Shown: in pieces, positions 13,130 through 26,750 of the stretch
Layout: each line of letters begins with the position of its first letter
Position numbering within the stretch: position 1 is the first letter of the stretch
NCBI GenBank assembly: GCA_026770705.1
Contig: JANJGN010000001.1
Span: forward strand, 116,002,001-116,066,000
Direction of reading: 5' to 3'
Length of the DNA stretch: 64,000 nt
DNA from: Isurus oxyrinchus
Lineage: Eukaryota
Notes under the pieces: generated by a model
Told to the model about the DNA's origin: nothing
Databases searched by the model: none
What the model saw: the letters and a program-made list of their open reading frames with translations, nothing else
Program-made: the position numbers and the translations under genes

Positions 13130-13910
13130 TTCCCCATCACTGTTGACCACACCCCCCCACCCCAGCTCAGCATCACCTTCCACTTCCCCCCCCACCCCCC
13201 CCCCATCACCTACCAGCCTGAACCCTTTTCTTTCCAGGGTGTCCAGGTGAACGTACACATTCCCTGCCTTCCCAAGAATCCCACCCTCATCCACATTGAC
13301 CTGCCTGACCTCCGCCTTCTCACCTCAGGGTCTGTGTCTGCTTCCGAGTCTCCACCAACCACCCTCGCTGTCCTTTCTACCACTACTATCACACCCTCAC
13401 CCTCTCACCGTTCTGGCTCACTCTGCATCCACTCATACTCACCATTCTCTCCTGCCACACTCACTCTCGATTCGCTCCCTAGGAGGCAGTCATTGACTCC
13501 ACAGACCCTTCCCTTGCACATTCACCTGGATGTTCCCCCCTTGCTCCCTCCTCCACCCTGAATTCCTTCTCTATCCTTACTCCCTTCAACCCCCGGACTC
13601 CATCCCCCCTCCAACCTCATTCCTCCCCCTGGACCCCTTTCTCCCCCCAAAGTCCTTCCTCCCCCCGAAGTCCTTTCCGCCTCTGAACTCCTCCCCCTCT
13701 CCGAACTCCTTCCCTTACACCTTCCTCCCTCCTTGCACCTACCTTCCCAGTTGCTGTATTCTCCCCATTACACCCTCCTCCCTCCCATACTCACCCCTTC
13801 CCAACTTCACCCCCCTTACACCTGCATTCCCCCCTCCCAACCTCACTGCGCCCACCACCCTGTTACACTTCCCTCTACCACTCACAGCTGGACCTTCCTC
13901 TCTCCCCATC
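13130..13910. repeat. C/T-rich low-complexity tract inside the Harbinger derivative
   Basis: Strong pyrimidine bias with short imperfect CCTTCCTCCCCCC-like units. Confidence 0.6.
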
Positions 13911-14659
13911 GATGATCATCCGTAGCCCATGACCAAGACTGCAATGTGCCAAAGCAAACCCCAGAAACCGCCCACCTACAGTGAGCTGCTTCGTGGTGGA
14001 GCCACGTCCACGAGCATGCAATACACGTGATCCTCCTGGGTTCAGTAGCTGTAGGGGCTCCGGCATCTTCTGCTCCTCGGATGACCAAGCTGTGAGCAAG
14101 GCCCTAATGGTAAGTCCCAACTTCTGCACGTCACACCTGTCCAGACTTGTTTTGGGCCAGCGTGTATTCCTACTGATGTGAGGGTAAGTTTGACATGGGG
14201 GGATGGGGATAAATTTGACATGGGGGGGTGATTCCGGCGGGCAGGCAAGTTGATGTTAGCAAATGCATTGAAATTAGGTTCCCGACGCTGGACATGGGAA
14301 AGGCAGCCTGCCGGTGACAGGCGGAGCAGACAATCGCAAATGACAGCGTAAAACTGATTCTTGGCCCTCTTGCCATGTTGTCTGCTCATGCCCGCCATGG
14401 TGCCTGATGCCAACGGGGACAGAAAATTTGGGCCTATGTTTCACACATTATAGAGACCAGCAGAAGCCTGGGAATGGGTGAGCTGCTTGTCCTTTCGGTA
14501 GAGAAATGGTGAGTTTTGTGGGGTGGCTGAGACAATAAGGGGAAAGTAATCTTAAAAAAAGACTAGAAAATAACTAACTATGGCCAGAGGTTGCAGGGAA
14601 TTCAAGTCAGTCTGCATCTGAAAGAAAAAAATAGATTAATGTTACAATGTGACACTTCA

Positions 14660-14870
14660 ACACAACAACTTGCTTTTATATACCATTTTAAAATAATAAA
14701 ACATCCCAAGAAGCTTCTCAGTAATCACAGCAAAATTGACACCTAAGCAAAGGAGAGATTCGAACAGGTGACTAATAGGTTGCTCAAAGATATAGATTTT
14801 AAGGAGCAGAGGTGGCGAGGTTTAGTCAGTGAACACCTGTTCATGATTGCCAGTGAGCGGGGTGAAAGAA
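14660..14870 (-). mobile_element. L2-like LINE 3' fragment
   Basis: ACAACAACTTGC...AAACATCCCAAG tail, also seen at 58372. Confidence 0.5.
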
Positions 14871-14887
14871 TAGGGAAATCTGATCGT

Positions 14888-15565
14888 TATCAACATCTGG
14901 GGGTTAGCATTGACCAGAAACTGAACTAGACCAGCCACATGAATACTGTGGCTACAAGAGCAGGTCAGAGGCTGAGAATTCTGCAGAGATTAACTCACTC
15001 CCCACGCCCCAAAGCCTGTCCACCATCTACAAGGCACAAGTCAGGAGTGTGACGGAATAAGCTCCATTTTCCTGGATGAATGCAGGTCCAACAACACTAA
15101 AGGAGCACCACACCATCCAGGATAAAGCAGCCCACTTGATTGGCACCACATCCACCACCTTCAACATCCATTCCCTCCACCACCGACGCACAATGGCAGC
15201 AGTGTGTACTATCCACAAGATGCACTTCAGCAACTCACCAAGGCTTCTTTGACAGCATCTTCCAAACCCATGACCTCTACATTAGAAGGACAAGGGCAGC
15301 AGATTGATGGGAACACTACCAACTGGATGTTCTCCTCCAAGCCACTCACCATCCTGACTTGGAACTATATTGCTGTTCCTTCACTGTTGGTGAGTCAAAA
15401 TCCTGGAACTCCTTCCCTAACAGCACTGTGGATGTACCTACAGCACATGGACTGCAGCGTGGTTCAAGAAGGCAGCTCACCACCACCTTCTCAATGGGAA
15501 ATTAGGAATAGGAAATAAATGCTGGCCTAACCAGTGACATCCACGTCCCATGTACGAATAATAAA
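14888..15565 (+). mobile_element. HER1-type LINE 3' fragment
   Basis: Same sequence family and tail as 12555-12904, 36520-37190 and 45680-46195. Confidence 0.85.
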
Positions 15566-17203
15566 GTCCTACTTAATACACAAATCTTTCTTCCTTTTTC
15601 AGATGCTGACTGACATGCGTGACTCTCTATTTTCTATGTAAAATTTCCAACTCTCACAGTTTATTTTTTTCCTTTCATCCTTATAGTTAACCAGTAGATG
15701 CAGAAGAATGGAACATTGTAAAAGTTCACCAGAATTCTGCCTCTCGCAGGGACATTAATCATATCCATCTGAACATGGAGACCTTTCTTCCAAAGAGTTG
15801 CATATGTGAGGTCCATAATCAGCACACAAAACATACTAGCATATGACTTTGCTTTTAAACCTAGTTGCCTTTTAAGGACATGGAAAAAATTAAGCTCAGG
15901 AGGAAACACTTACAAAAGGCATGCAGCGAAGAGACACTCAGGAAATAAGTTGCAGATGTGCTCTCTCCTATTTCCAAATCAACCAAGTGAGTTCCTGTAC
16001 AGTAACTAATTAATGTTTGGCCTGAAACTATCCATCTTACTGTAGTATATCAAACCCTCAAATTATGAAAAGCAGATGGACATCTGATATTTGCTTTCAA
16101 GATGTCACTGTCTCAATCCTATTGCTTTTGGACTGAAGTTCACATGATATATTAATAAACTTCAGAGTTGTCAAGTTTGAGCAATTAAATTCATTGGGAT
16201 TATTGTACAAGGTGAAGCAAATGCCTCAATTTCATCCTTTTTAATCAGGCCGTATAAAAAAAATGAAGAAGATTTTAGCTTGCACGTGTTTTATTAGGAG
16301 AATCTGCAGTGAAACTGATTTCATATTTTATAAAGATGACAGATAAAATACAGAAGGAAAGCAGAAGGCTGGACATTCAACTATAAAATATTTAAATCAA
16401 GGATTTAAGAAAGATCAATCAGATGTGTGATATTTTCAGTTAATTGATACAGAATATAAGGTGCTCCTGATTCTAATTGTTACTATGTCATGATGACAGA
16501 AAAACTGTGACAGAGAGCTACCTACAACCTCACCAGCTAACCACAGACATATTGATCTGTTTAAAGAAAACCTGTTTTAAAAAAAATACAAGTAAAGACA
16601 GTGATCAAAGATGGTTGCCATGAGCCACCTAATGTCTGATACTGTAAAGTTGATCATTTTTCTGGAAATTCTAAATAAATTGCACTGTGGACCTGTTACA
16701 TGGAATTTCATACCTGGGGGAACTGTCAAGGTCCACTTCAAACAGAGACTTTTGAAATGAAGGCATTAAAGATGCAAAGTGCTGAACTTTGATCAGATAC
16801 TCATCAAACATTGGAGGACAAAATAACCCCATCTCCTGTTGATTTATATCTCAAACATGTGTGAAAAAGTTTCTGAGATGAAAGATATAAAAAACCTGGG
16901 ATTACTACAACAATGGATACAAGACATGCTAATTGAATTCCATTCTGAGAATATAATGAAATGAGTTTAAAACTGGCTCTGACAAACAGGGAAAGAAAGA
17001 AAGAAAGAAAGAAACATGACAGTCATCTGAATCCCTGCTGGAAAAGAGCAGGAAAGATCTCTCTCTCTTTCTCTCTCTCTCTGTCTGTCTCTCTGAAGCC
17101 ACAATATCTTCATCAGGAGTGCAGACCTGAACAAAGCCAACTCCAGACTCCTACCAGAGACCACCTAACTTCAAACGGCCACAAAGTTCCACGATTTGCA
17201 CCT

Positions 17204-17352
17204 CATACGAACATACATACGAACATACGAGGTAGGGGCAGGAGTAGGCCACTCCGTCCCTTGAGCCTCCTTCACCATTCAATAAGATCATGGCTGATCT
17301 GAATGTAACCTCAATCCCACATTCCTGCTTAGCCCCAATAACCTTCCGCCCT
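17204..17352 (-). mobile_element. CR1 3' UTR/tail fragment
   Basis: CATACGAA tail repeats followed by CAGGAGTAGGCCA, the same family as the tail at 50530-50700. Confidence 0.75.
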
Positions 17353-17581
17353 CACGGACAAGCAAAAGACATACTCGTATATTCTTTTAACTTTTATTTT
17401 GGACTCTAACTTTCTTACTTCTGATATCTGTGTGTGTGTGTGTGTGTGTGTGTGTTGTTGCATCTTTGATTATTTTTCTCGTGGTTTAGCAACTAATAAA
17501 CTATTCTTTCTTTGACTCAAGAAAACCTGGTTTGATTAGGTCCTCAGTAAGAAGTAAATACATTTGGACTGGAAAAGGTAG

Positions 17582-18522
17582 TATTACGAACAGGATAGGA
17601 AGAGTGCATGCATGATCTATCCCCCACTAATCCGCACGCCATGCTATTAATTTAAATGTTTAACTTTCTCACCAAAATAGCCAACCATCTATTTTCCCTA
17701 CTGGTGCTCAGAATAAAAGAGTCTTCAACCAGGCTTCTTTCAATAAGCTCAGAACAATTGTTTATTATAAAATGAAACTTCTTTTGAACAAGTTGCAAGT
17801 ATTGGTTAAGACACAATTGTCATCAGAAAGTGTAGCTATCTATCTCTTCCTAGATAATTCCCCCCGTAGGCACACAGACAAGCAAAGGATAAATAGATAG
17901 AGTCTCACTGCAGAGATGGGCTTTAGAGGATGGGCTTTACAAAATAAAGGATAAAGTTCGCAGGGCCTTGATGCTGTTGACCTGGAGTGACCGCATGTGA
18001 AGAGGGTCTGCTGGAACTGGTGGATGTTTGGAAGTTCTCACCAACTGGCCTCAGCTTTGCAGGTCCAAATGTAGACTAGTTACACTCAGATGAAGGTTCT
18101 CTGGCTATAGGCTGATGGCCACACACAATTTTAGGCAAGGTAGAGAGAGAGCGAGAGCCAGTTAGGGTAGCCTTCCTTCCTCAGCTTGTTTCCCAACCAG
18201 ACTGCCTTCAAAACCAGCAGGTTCACAACTTAAGTTTTTCTCTCTCTCCCATGTGATTTCCAGCAAGTTATCAACTTTTGCCTTTTTAGTTTTTTTTCCC
18301 CATCAATTAGTGATTGCAGTTCAAATCAAATAACCAGATCTTCCTCAAGTACCATAAAGGTCAGGTGATTTCTTGGAAGAGGCCTGCTCGTTGATAGTTC
18401 CAAGGTGAACTTATGACCTTTTAAAAAAAAATTTGCAGGCTAGCATCCAAATGTACAGATAATGCCATGTCCTTCCATTTTGCAAAAGAAAAAAATCAGT
18501 CTTGAGAGATATGATTCTAACA
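17582..18522. mobile_element. Nested solo-LTR-like element
   Basis: Termini TATTACG (TGTTA-like) ... CTAACA with flanks GTAG/GTAT. Confidence 0.5.
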
Positions 18523-18691
18523 GTATCTATGGGGAAAAGATTTTTTTAAAACCTTTGTTGCAGCCAGCCGAGGGGGCTGCATAAAAGGGGAACCAACTCA
18601 CTCCTCCTCAGCCAGTTCTAACAACCAAAAAAACTGTTTTCTATTCATGCTGCAAGTTGGTGACTCTCAAACAATCATTGAAATGTAAACT

Positions 18692-20450
18692 GGGCAGAAT
18701 TATTTAATGCAGCTGCATTTAAAAACTAAGGTTACAATTTTTGTCCCACTGCTAATCCATTTCAGAGTGTGAGTGGGGTGTTAGCAAGATAAAATTTATT
18801 CAGAAGATAGCTGACCACGAACTCTCATGGTCCAATGCAATTTTGAATAGGCCTTGATTTAGGCAGTCAGCACTGGCGCCAGAAACAGATAGAATCCTCA
18901 TTAATTGATGTAATTTGGGATTCTCTGACATGGCCCCAGATTTTCGCTCCTGTGTTACGTGTGCAACGAATGGGAAAATTCCCAGCTCCATGAACCTGGC
19001 CTTTAAAAATGGCTTCCTGGATCTCAGATTTTCGATCCTTGGCGGGGGTGGGGTGGGGGCTCTAGACTAGAAATCGGGGCAGGCGACTGGGAAGAACTGA
19101 GGAGGAAGCTGGGTGCCGAGGAGGGCTCCGACACTGTGCCCAAAAGTTTAAAAATAAAGATTAAACATGCAACATCCCCCTAGCCCTCACCATTCATTTC
19201 CCTCACTCTTCTCATGCCTATCCAGGCCAAATCATGCCCCCCACCCACCCCATAAACCCTTATATCCTCCATGCCAACCTATGATCTTGCACACACACCC
19301 CATGGTACTCTTTAGCCCCTGTGCTAACTTATTGTCAACTCATGCCAACCCATGCCCTACCCACCACTCTTTGCCTTTACACCTACCATGCCATTTATCC
19401 ACCATGGGCAGACCTCAGGACCCATGCAGAGATGAGATAAAATAGAGTTCTATAAAATAAAGTTTTAAGTATGTATTGAAGACTTCACTATATTGAAAAA
19501 AACACTTTCATTAGTAAAAACCCACTTACTACATTTACACTTCTTCAAGCAAATTAAACCTTATAAAAATAAACATTTCATTCAAGTGCACAATCCCTTA
19601 TAACAACAAGCAGTGGAATTCATACTCTCACATCAAAGCACCTATAGCCACTTCTGGCTGTCAATCAAACTGTGAAATGGCAGGCACCCAACTGTGATAA
19701 TGGATGGTTGTGAAATCAGTCATGCAGCAGTAATACAATAATAGAAGCCTGAGGTTTATGTTAACAGACACAATGAAATAGTAAGCAATCATATTTTTTA
19801 AACACTCCAGACATCTTTTTCAAAGATTTAAAGGGCAGGACTTTTAAGTGTCTTGACAAGTTCCTTTAACAGTTTTGACTGTTGATTTTCACAGGTCTGT
19901 TGACAGTTCCAATGAGCTTGACAGTGATGAGTTTATGCACTTTTTGCACACATTTATGTCTACTTTTAACAATTCCAAAGGGCACTGACCTACCTCAAAG
20001 AGCACCTAACCTCAACCAAAGTGCACCTTCCCTTCTGCAAAGCTGTTCTGGGATCAGATCCAAAGGGGTACCTTACTTCTCCAAAGTGGTAGCCTGGCTA
20101 TCCAAATGAATCTACAAAATTCAGACCTGCACTTACTTGGTCTAACCTGCAAGCATCAGATTTCACACTCCTGGCTTACCAAAATTCCACTTACAGTAGA
20201 GATAGTTGATGATTTAAATGGTCAGCTGCCTCTGTAACCTCACAAGGGCGAAACATACCCTGTCCCTATTCCCACCCCTGCGAAAATGATACGTGCCGTG
20301 TTGGGGGCAAGACTTACAATCTTTGGCCACTTCCACCATTTTCACCATGATGGAGATGCTCTTTGTTGTGGCAAAAATCTGGGTCTTTGTTACCAACCCA
20401 GTGCCATTTTTGTATTTCTTTTAGCATTGTGCCTGCAGAGCATTGGGCCC
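18692..20450. mobile_element. Non-coding Harbinger-type element (possibly two nested elements, the inner one starting at 18932)
   Basis: Starts GGGCAGAATT, ends TTGGGCCC, ACT on both flanks. 19200-20430 is the reverse complement of 52242-54180, and 18932-19030 of 57390-57493. Confidence 0.65.
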
Positions 20451-21735
20451 ACTTACTATACAAAGTGGCAAGTGGTGAGGACTAATGTCACTTAAAAAGA
20501 CTGCTAAAAGCCGGGCTGTCAATGTTAAAATTTCAGGGTTTGGGCAGTTTTGTGGCTTATATTCAAGTTACAGAAATATGTCCCTTTGGCCAATAGACAT
20601 GCTGAACACAACGATATAGTAGGGGCAGGAATTCTAAAGCCAGCAAATGAGGGAAATCATTTTTGTTTCATCTAGATGGAATGATTATTAAAATAATTGG
20701 GCTAATTTTACAAATTCCTGCTGCGGACTCAGAACTTCACCTTCTGGGAGCACACATTTATTAAACTACCCCGTTACATGCTCAGTTCGACTTCATAGTT
20801 CCCTTTCATACATAGCATTTGGGCCACATAGTTGACTGACAGGGTTTGTTTAGTCTCTATCAAAAAAAAATAAACTACTTAACTTTGCTGTATTAAAGAA
20901 GATCAAGATAAGTGCAAAATGTAGCATGAACTCAATGTTTGAAAATCAGGACAACCAACCCACGAGTGACCATGTTAGGAACAGAATAGGGCAGAGGCAA
21001 TCTGGAATGAAATGCCTTGAAAAGATGTTGGAAACAGATTCAGTAGGGAACTGGATGCAGACTTGAATAGGAAAAACTCACAGGGCAATGGGAAAAGAGA
21101 AAGGGAATGAGACTAACTGGATTAGCTCTTCCAAAGTGCTGACACAGCCAAATAGTCTCCTCCTGTGGGCTGGATTTTGGTCGGGACCGCTAGACCTGCT
21201 GGCCAATATCAAGAGTGGGACTTCCTCCTACTGAGGGGTGGAAGTCCCACATTCACCTGCTTAAGCCCACTGGCAGCGTGTTATTGCTGCAGGAACAGGC
21301 TTTTTTAATGTGTCAGCTACTGACTCTGGCAGTTTTGGAGGGGGTGGTGGGGAAGTTGCAGGCAATACGTCTCTCTATAAAGTTTAGTCCTATGTTTCTA
21401 ACTGGGAGTTGACTAATGGGTATATGCATGAAGACATTGGCATATCTTCCCTTCGTTTTGGAGTGATTCTTTTATAAAGCTTATTTTGGTTTCAAGAGAA
21501 AAGCTATAGTAAGGCTCATATTTATGTAGTGCAGTGCTATCCCAGTAAACTTGAGTTGTATTCTTGATTGCATTAAGCTCCAATCTCTGGGAGCCTAACT
21601 TTGAAACTTTTGAGAATACAGATGGTAGCAGCACTTCTTAGAACTTCATGAAAAATATGTCAAATTCGCAGGAGTTTAAAAAGGCATTGTTAATCTGTGA
21701 CTTTGGTCCAGTCTGTCAGCCTTAGCTAAACAGGT

Positions 21736-22370
21736 TTTTTTTGCATTCTTTCATGGGATGTGGGTATCAATGGGTAGGCCCTTGAGAAGGTGGTGGTGAG
21801 CTGCCTTCTTGAACTGTTGCAGTCCATGTGGCGTTCTCATGCATCAGCTTCCCTTGTCCTGATGGTTGGTAGATGTCATGAGCTTTTTGGAAGGTGCTGT
21901 CAAAAGGAGCCTTGGTGAATTGCTGCAGTGCATCTTGCAGATGGTGCACACTGCTGCCACTGTGCAGTGGTGGTGGAAGGAATGACTGTTTAAGGTGATG
22001 GATAGGACGCCAATCAAGTGGGCTGGTTTATGCTGGATGGTGTCAAGCTTCCTGAGTGTTGTTGGAGCTACATTCATCCAGGTAAATGTAGAGTATTCCA
22101 TCACTAATGCCTTGTAGGTGATGGACAGGGATGCTGGAGTCCGGAGATGAGTTACTCAATGCATCATTCTCAGCCTCTAACCTGCTCTTGCAGCCACAGT
22201 ATTTATATGGCTGGCCCAGTTCAGTTTCTGGTCAATGGTAATCCCCAGGATGTTGATAGTGGAGTATTCAGCAATGGTAGTGTCATTGAATGTCAAAAAG
22301 AGATGGTGAGATCCCCTCTTGTTGGAGCGGGTAATTGCCTGGCACTTATGTGGTGTGAATGTTACTTACC
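21736..22370 (-). mobile_element. HER1-type LINE 3' fragment
   Basis: MMEYSTFTWMNVAPTTLRKLDTIQHKPAHLIG; reverse complement of 14888-15565. Confidence 0.85.
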
Positions 22371-22382
22371 AATGTAGTTGCA

Positions 22383-22748
22383 ATCTTGCCTCGGAGTCAA
22401 AGGTTGTGAGTTCATGTCCTACTCTAGCGGCATGAGCACAATACGTTTGCTGACATGTTAGTGTAGTACTGAGGGAATGCCGGCTGTAAAAGGAGATTTT
22501 GATCGGAGGCCCCATCTACACTTTCAAGTGGATCTAAAAGATTCAATGTCACTACCATGAAGGAGTGCAGGAAAGTACCTTCTGGTATCCAGACCAATAT
22601 TTATCCACAATTCATGCACAGATCTGGTCATTACCTCATTATTGCTTGTGGGATCTTACTGTATGTAAATTGGTTACTACATTTCCTAGATTACAGCATT
22701 GACCAGACGTCAAAAAGTACTCACTTGGCTATAAAACAGTTCAGAGAA
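22383..22748 (+). mobile_element. Deu-domain SINE (SacSINE1/AmnSINE-like)
   Basis: tRNA-like head remnant GAGTCAAAGGTTGTGAGTTCATGTCC; body GTACTGAGGGA...CCAATATTTATCC...TGTGGGATCTT...AAATTGG. Confidence 0.65.
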
Positions 22749-22749
22749 A

Positions 22750-23812
22750 CTAACTGCACAGAAGAATTCCATTCAGCACGTCATGCCTTTGCTAGTTTTT
22801 AGAAAGAGTAGTCATGCTTAGTCCCTCATCCAGGCTTCTATCCAGGAACCCAGTAAGTTGCTATCCTCAAGTACCTGTCCAACTCCTTTTTAAAATTATT
22901 TATGGAATCAGTTTTCACCTGGTTTCAGGTAGAGCCTTCCAGAACCTGACAATTCTCTAAGTGAAAAAAAAATTATCCTCAGCTGTCCCGTAGATTGCTT
23001 TCCACGTCTTTTTCCAGGTTTTGAATCCATGACCTCCAGTTATTGACCCACTCACCAGGATATTTTTCCTCATTCACTCTGTCAAAACCTCTCCTAAAAG
23101 CACCCGTTAAAACACTTTTTCTGTTCCAAGGAGAACAGTCCCAACTTTTCTAACCGCATATCATGAAGAACCTCATTCCTGGTAACATGCTGGTAAATCT
23201 CCTCTGTAGCATTCCTAATGCCCCACTATCTTTCCTGCAGTGTGGCACCCAGAAGTGTCCACAATACTACGCTGTGGATAACCTGGTGATTTATAGATTT
23301 CGAGCATGATCTCTCTGCTTTTATATTCTATTCACTAGTTATAAACCCAAGGAACCCATTTGCTTTTTTAACAACATTATCAATTTAACCTGCCACCTTT
23401 AAGGATCTGTTATATGATCATCTACACTTTTCAAAATTGTGCCACTATATTGTCTTTACAGATTTGTCCTCCCAAAATGTGTTACTTCACATTGAACTCC
23501 ATCCGCCATATTGCAATCCTGCCTATGTTACCCTAAAGTCCGTAACTACCCTTACCATGAACATTGCCAAATTTGTGTCATCTGCAGACTTTTTAATGCT
23601 GCTCCATACACCTGAATCTAGGTCATTTATAAAAATTATGAAGAGCAGTGGACCCAAAACTTGCCCTTATGTAACACTATTGCAAACCGCCTCTGAATCT
23701 GAAAAACATCTCCTGCAGTGCCTTGATCACATTTCTCTACTAAGTTATCAAGTAATTAACAGACATGACTTACCTTTAACAAATCCATAGTGGCTCTCCA
23801 TGATTAACTCAT
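22750..23812 (-). mobile_element. Old CR1 LINE ORF2 3' fragment
   Basis: Minus strand encodes a decayed RT motif (KSADDTNL) and the C-terminal region colinear with 7885-8497 and 50530-51570. Confidence 0.75.
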
Positions 23813-24397
23813 GCCTATAGAAATTTGTGGGCTTATTAAAGTACAGAATTACTTAAGACTAATTGCAATCAACTCAATTCACCAGCATTTATAAATAGTT
23901 CAATCAGTTGTTTTAGTTCAAATGAGACTTGTAACCATAAGGTAAGGTTGATCTCTCAGGTGGTGAATTAAAAGAAGTTTATTGACACCAAAGGGAAAAG
24001 ATATACTTATCAATACAGGGTTTTTAAGCTTTTATGACCTCCGTTGTTGATCAGGCCAAAGGAGCGTAATCCCTCTTGTACACCTTCTTTGACAACAATT
24101 CTGATGAGAAGCTTGCCTTGGGGGCTTCTAGCACTTGGATGGCAACAGATCTACTGATGTCTTGTGTTTTTAACCCCTCGGGAGATTTTACCTCAGCTAG
24201 ATTGAGCTGTTCATAACTCAATGATTTGTCAGTTTCATGACTGAATTGATTTGATTTTTTTTTTAGTGCAAATTGTCTCAGATAGAGATATAATGGGACT
24301 TTTCAATGCATCTCTCCTATCTGATTCTGCTCAAACTTTCTATTCAGTGTGTAACCATTCAGTTCCAAATCAGGTTGATCAATGCCATGGACGACGT

Positions 24398-25660
24398 CTG
24401 CTTCTGACATGTCTTCCTTCTTCCTTAACCAAGGTTTCCCCACCCATGGTGGTTGACAGGGCCCTCATCCGTGTCTGACCCATCTCCTGCACCTCTCCCC
24501 TTGCACCTTCCTCTCCCTCCCAGATACGGTCCTCCTTGTCCTCACTTTTCACCCCGCCAGCCTCTGCATTCAAAGCATCATCCTCCACCATTTCCGCCAA
24601 CTCCAGCATGATGCCACCGCCAAACACATCTTTCCTTCACCCCCCCCCACACTCACCCACCCATCGGCATTCCGTACGGGCCGTTCCCTCCGGGACACCC
24701 TGGTCCACTCCTCCGTCACACTTCAACCCCCTCCCAAGGCACCTTCTCATGCAATTGCAGAAGGTGCAAAACCTGCCCCTTGACTTCCCCCCTTCTCACC
24801 ATCCAAGGGCCCAAACACTCCTTTCAAGTGAAGCAGCGCTTCACTTGCTCTTCCCTCAATTTGGTCTACTGCATTCACTGCTCCCAATGCGGTCTCCTCT
24901 ACATTACGCAGACTGGGTAATTGCTTTGCAGAACACCTTCGGTCTATCCTCAGGCATGACCCAGACCTTCCTGTTGCTTGCCATTTCAACACACCACCCT
25001 GCTCTCATGCCCACATGTCCGTCCTTCACCTGCTGCATTGTTCCAGTGAAGCTCAACACACACTGGAGGAACAGCACCTCATCTTCCGACTAGGCACTTT
25101 ATAGCCTTCTGGACTGAATATTGAGTTCAACAATTTTAGATCTTGAACTCTCTCCTCCATCCTCACCCTGTTTTGATCCTCTTTTACCAAATATTTATTT
25201 TTAAATTTTTATATATATATATTTTCCCACCTATTTCTATTACTATTTTTAAAATTTATTTCCATTCATTGTTTTATCCCCACCTTTTAGCCTATTTCAA
25301 TCTTTCCTCCCACACCATCCCCTCCCCCTACCTCACAAGGGCCATCTGTCACTTGCTCATCCTGCTTTCTACTCTTAATGTCACCATTAGCACCTCCTTT
25401 AGCCAGTATGACCACCATCAACACCCCTTTGATCTTATGTTTATGACATCTTTTGCTATCTCTCCTTTGCCTCCACCTATCACTGGCCCTCTATCCAGCT
25501 TCACCTGTCCCACCCCCCCTTAAACAGTATATATTTCACCACATTTCTACATCTCTTTAGTTCTGAAGAAGAGCCATATGGACTTGAAACGTTAACTCTG
25601 TCTTTCTCTCCATAGATGCTGCCAGATCTGCTGAGTTTTTCCAGCAATTTTTGTTTTTGA
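24398..25660 (+). mobile_element. Penelope-like element 3' part (GIY-YIG endonuclease, 3' UTR)
   Basis: KQRFTCSSLNLVYCIHCSQCGLLYI...EEQHLIFRLGTL; near reverse complement of 55610-56769. Confidence 0.9.
25559..25597 (+). ncRNA. Minimal type I hammerhead-ribozyme-like motif in Penelope 3' end
   Basis: AGUU-CUGAAGA-stem II (AGAGCC AUAU GGACUU, imperfect)-GAAA-CG-UU-AACU. Confidence 0.6.
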
Positions 25661-26059
25661 TTCATTTAATACTTTTGTCACGTCCTCCATCTCAAGCAAA
25701 GATTTCACTTTGGATACTTAATAGGCCCAACATTTTTCTTACAAAATGGTTTACGCTTCATGTGGAAAAGTTTATCCAATTACTACCACTTCAAGAGGCT
25801 CTACACAGATTTGCACAGACTCCTCAAGGGTAGACCGTGTCATTGGCGGCTATCTGCATAGTTTTGTGCAGGTTTCTTCACTGATTTCAGAAGCTCATGT
25901 AGGTAGTGGCTGACAGCAGTGTCTGCCCCCGAGGAATCGACATATCCTGCATAGGGCTGCTCAAAGTGGGACTAGGTGAACAGATCTTTCACCGTATATG
26001 CTTAAAAAGTGTTTGAGGATTCAATTTAATGTTGTCATGGAATTTTTTTTTATGCCCGC

Positions 26060-26168
26060 CTGAATTCAGAAGGGGTTTAAGGCCTCATGTGAAAGACTGC
26101 AACTCTGACAGTGCAGCACTCCTGCACTGCTGAAACGGAGGGTGAGCCTAAATTGTTGGGCTCAAGTC
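26060..26168 (-). mobile_element. Deu-domain SINE fragment
   Basis: Reverse complement resembles the 5' part of 22383-22748 (GGAGTGCTGCACTGTCAGAG...GAGGCC). Confidence 0.55.
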
Positions 26169-26170
26169 TT

Positions 26171-26750
26171 GGGGCTGAATAATATGGGGGAATGGATTTC
26201 TCACCCCCCCCCCCCCAGAAGCACAGTCAGCGTGTAGCCGACCCGCACCACCCCAGCCCACCTCGCAGCCATTACACTCTGCAAGCCGGCTAAACAAGGG
26301 CTGAGCAGTGGGGGCGAGTGGCAAGGGTGGGCTTAAGGCTGCAGGTGGGTAGGCAGAAAAGAGGGGTTCCATCTTGGGTGGGAGGGGGGGGGCGCGTTCC
26401 CTGATCCACAAAGGGCAGCCCCTGAAGAGAGAACCTGCCCTTCCTCCCCAAACCTTTGGAGAAATTATTTTAAAAAATCAGGCTGCCTGCTCTCTTATGA
26501 CCGCCCGTAGCAAATGTTTTATGCGTGGGGAGCGTATTATCAGGGCCAATTGGCTTAGTAATAAGCCTAATTGTCCGTTGATTACCTATTTAAATTTGGC
26601 GGGCAGGCTGCCGATTTGGGCGCCTGCCCACACTATTATGGGGTGAGCTTGGAGGTGGGTGGGAAGGTGGTGGGGTGGGTACCTGCCCAATTTTACATGC
26701 CCCTCCCCCCCCGCAGTGAAAACATGCCTGGCAAAGGCACATAAACTGTA
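26171..26750. mobile_element. Harbinger-type MITE
   Basis: Starts GGGGCTGAATAAT, has a GGCCAATTGG subterminal motif, GC-rich. Right end degenerate. Confidence 0.5.

Larger units (their letters stand above)
11464..14434. mobile_element. Non-autonomous Harbinger element, opposite orientation to 989-3491
   Basis: Termini GGGCGGAATCGTCCC ... GAAAATTTGGGCC with TAT on both flanks. The left end is the reverse complement of 3300-3491. Carries Myb exon 1 on +. Confidence 0.8.
16486..18623. mobile_element. Solo-LTR-like element hosting nested insertions
   Basis: Begins TGTCA and ends TAACA, flanked by ACTA/ACCA (4-bp TSD, one mismatch). Internal AATAAA near 17495, no coding remnant. Confidence 0.5.

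Noticed and set aside
13020-13925. Proline-rich ORFs (also 37368-38657 and 60859-61587)
   Set aside because: Products of C-rich low-complexity sequence inside transposon derivatives.
14606-15614. 19-bp inverted repeat pair (17/19 identical) as TIRs of a 1-kb element
   Set aside because: Both resemble the common CAGATGCTGCC(A/T)GA retroelement tail also seen at 25612, and the interior is unrelated LINE fragments.
15661-15909. 82-aa minus-strand ORF as a host exon
   Set aside because: No convincing splice-site pair and no homology I can recognise.
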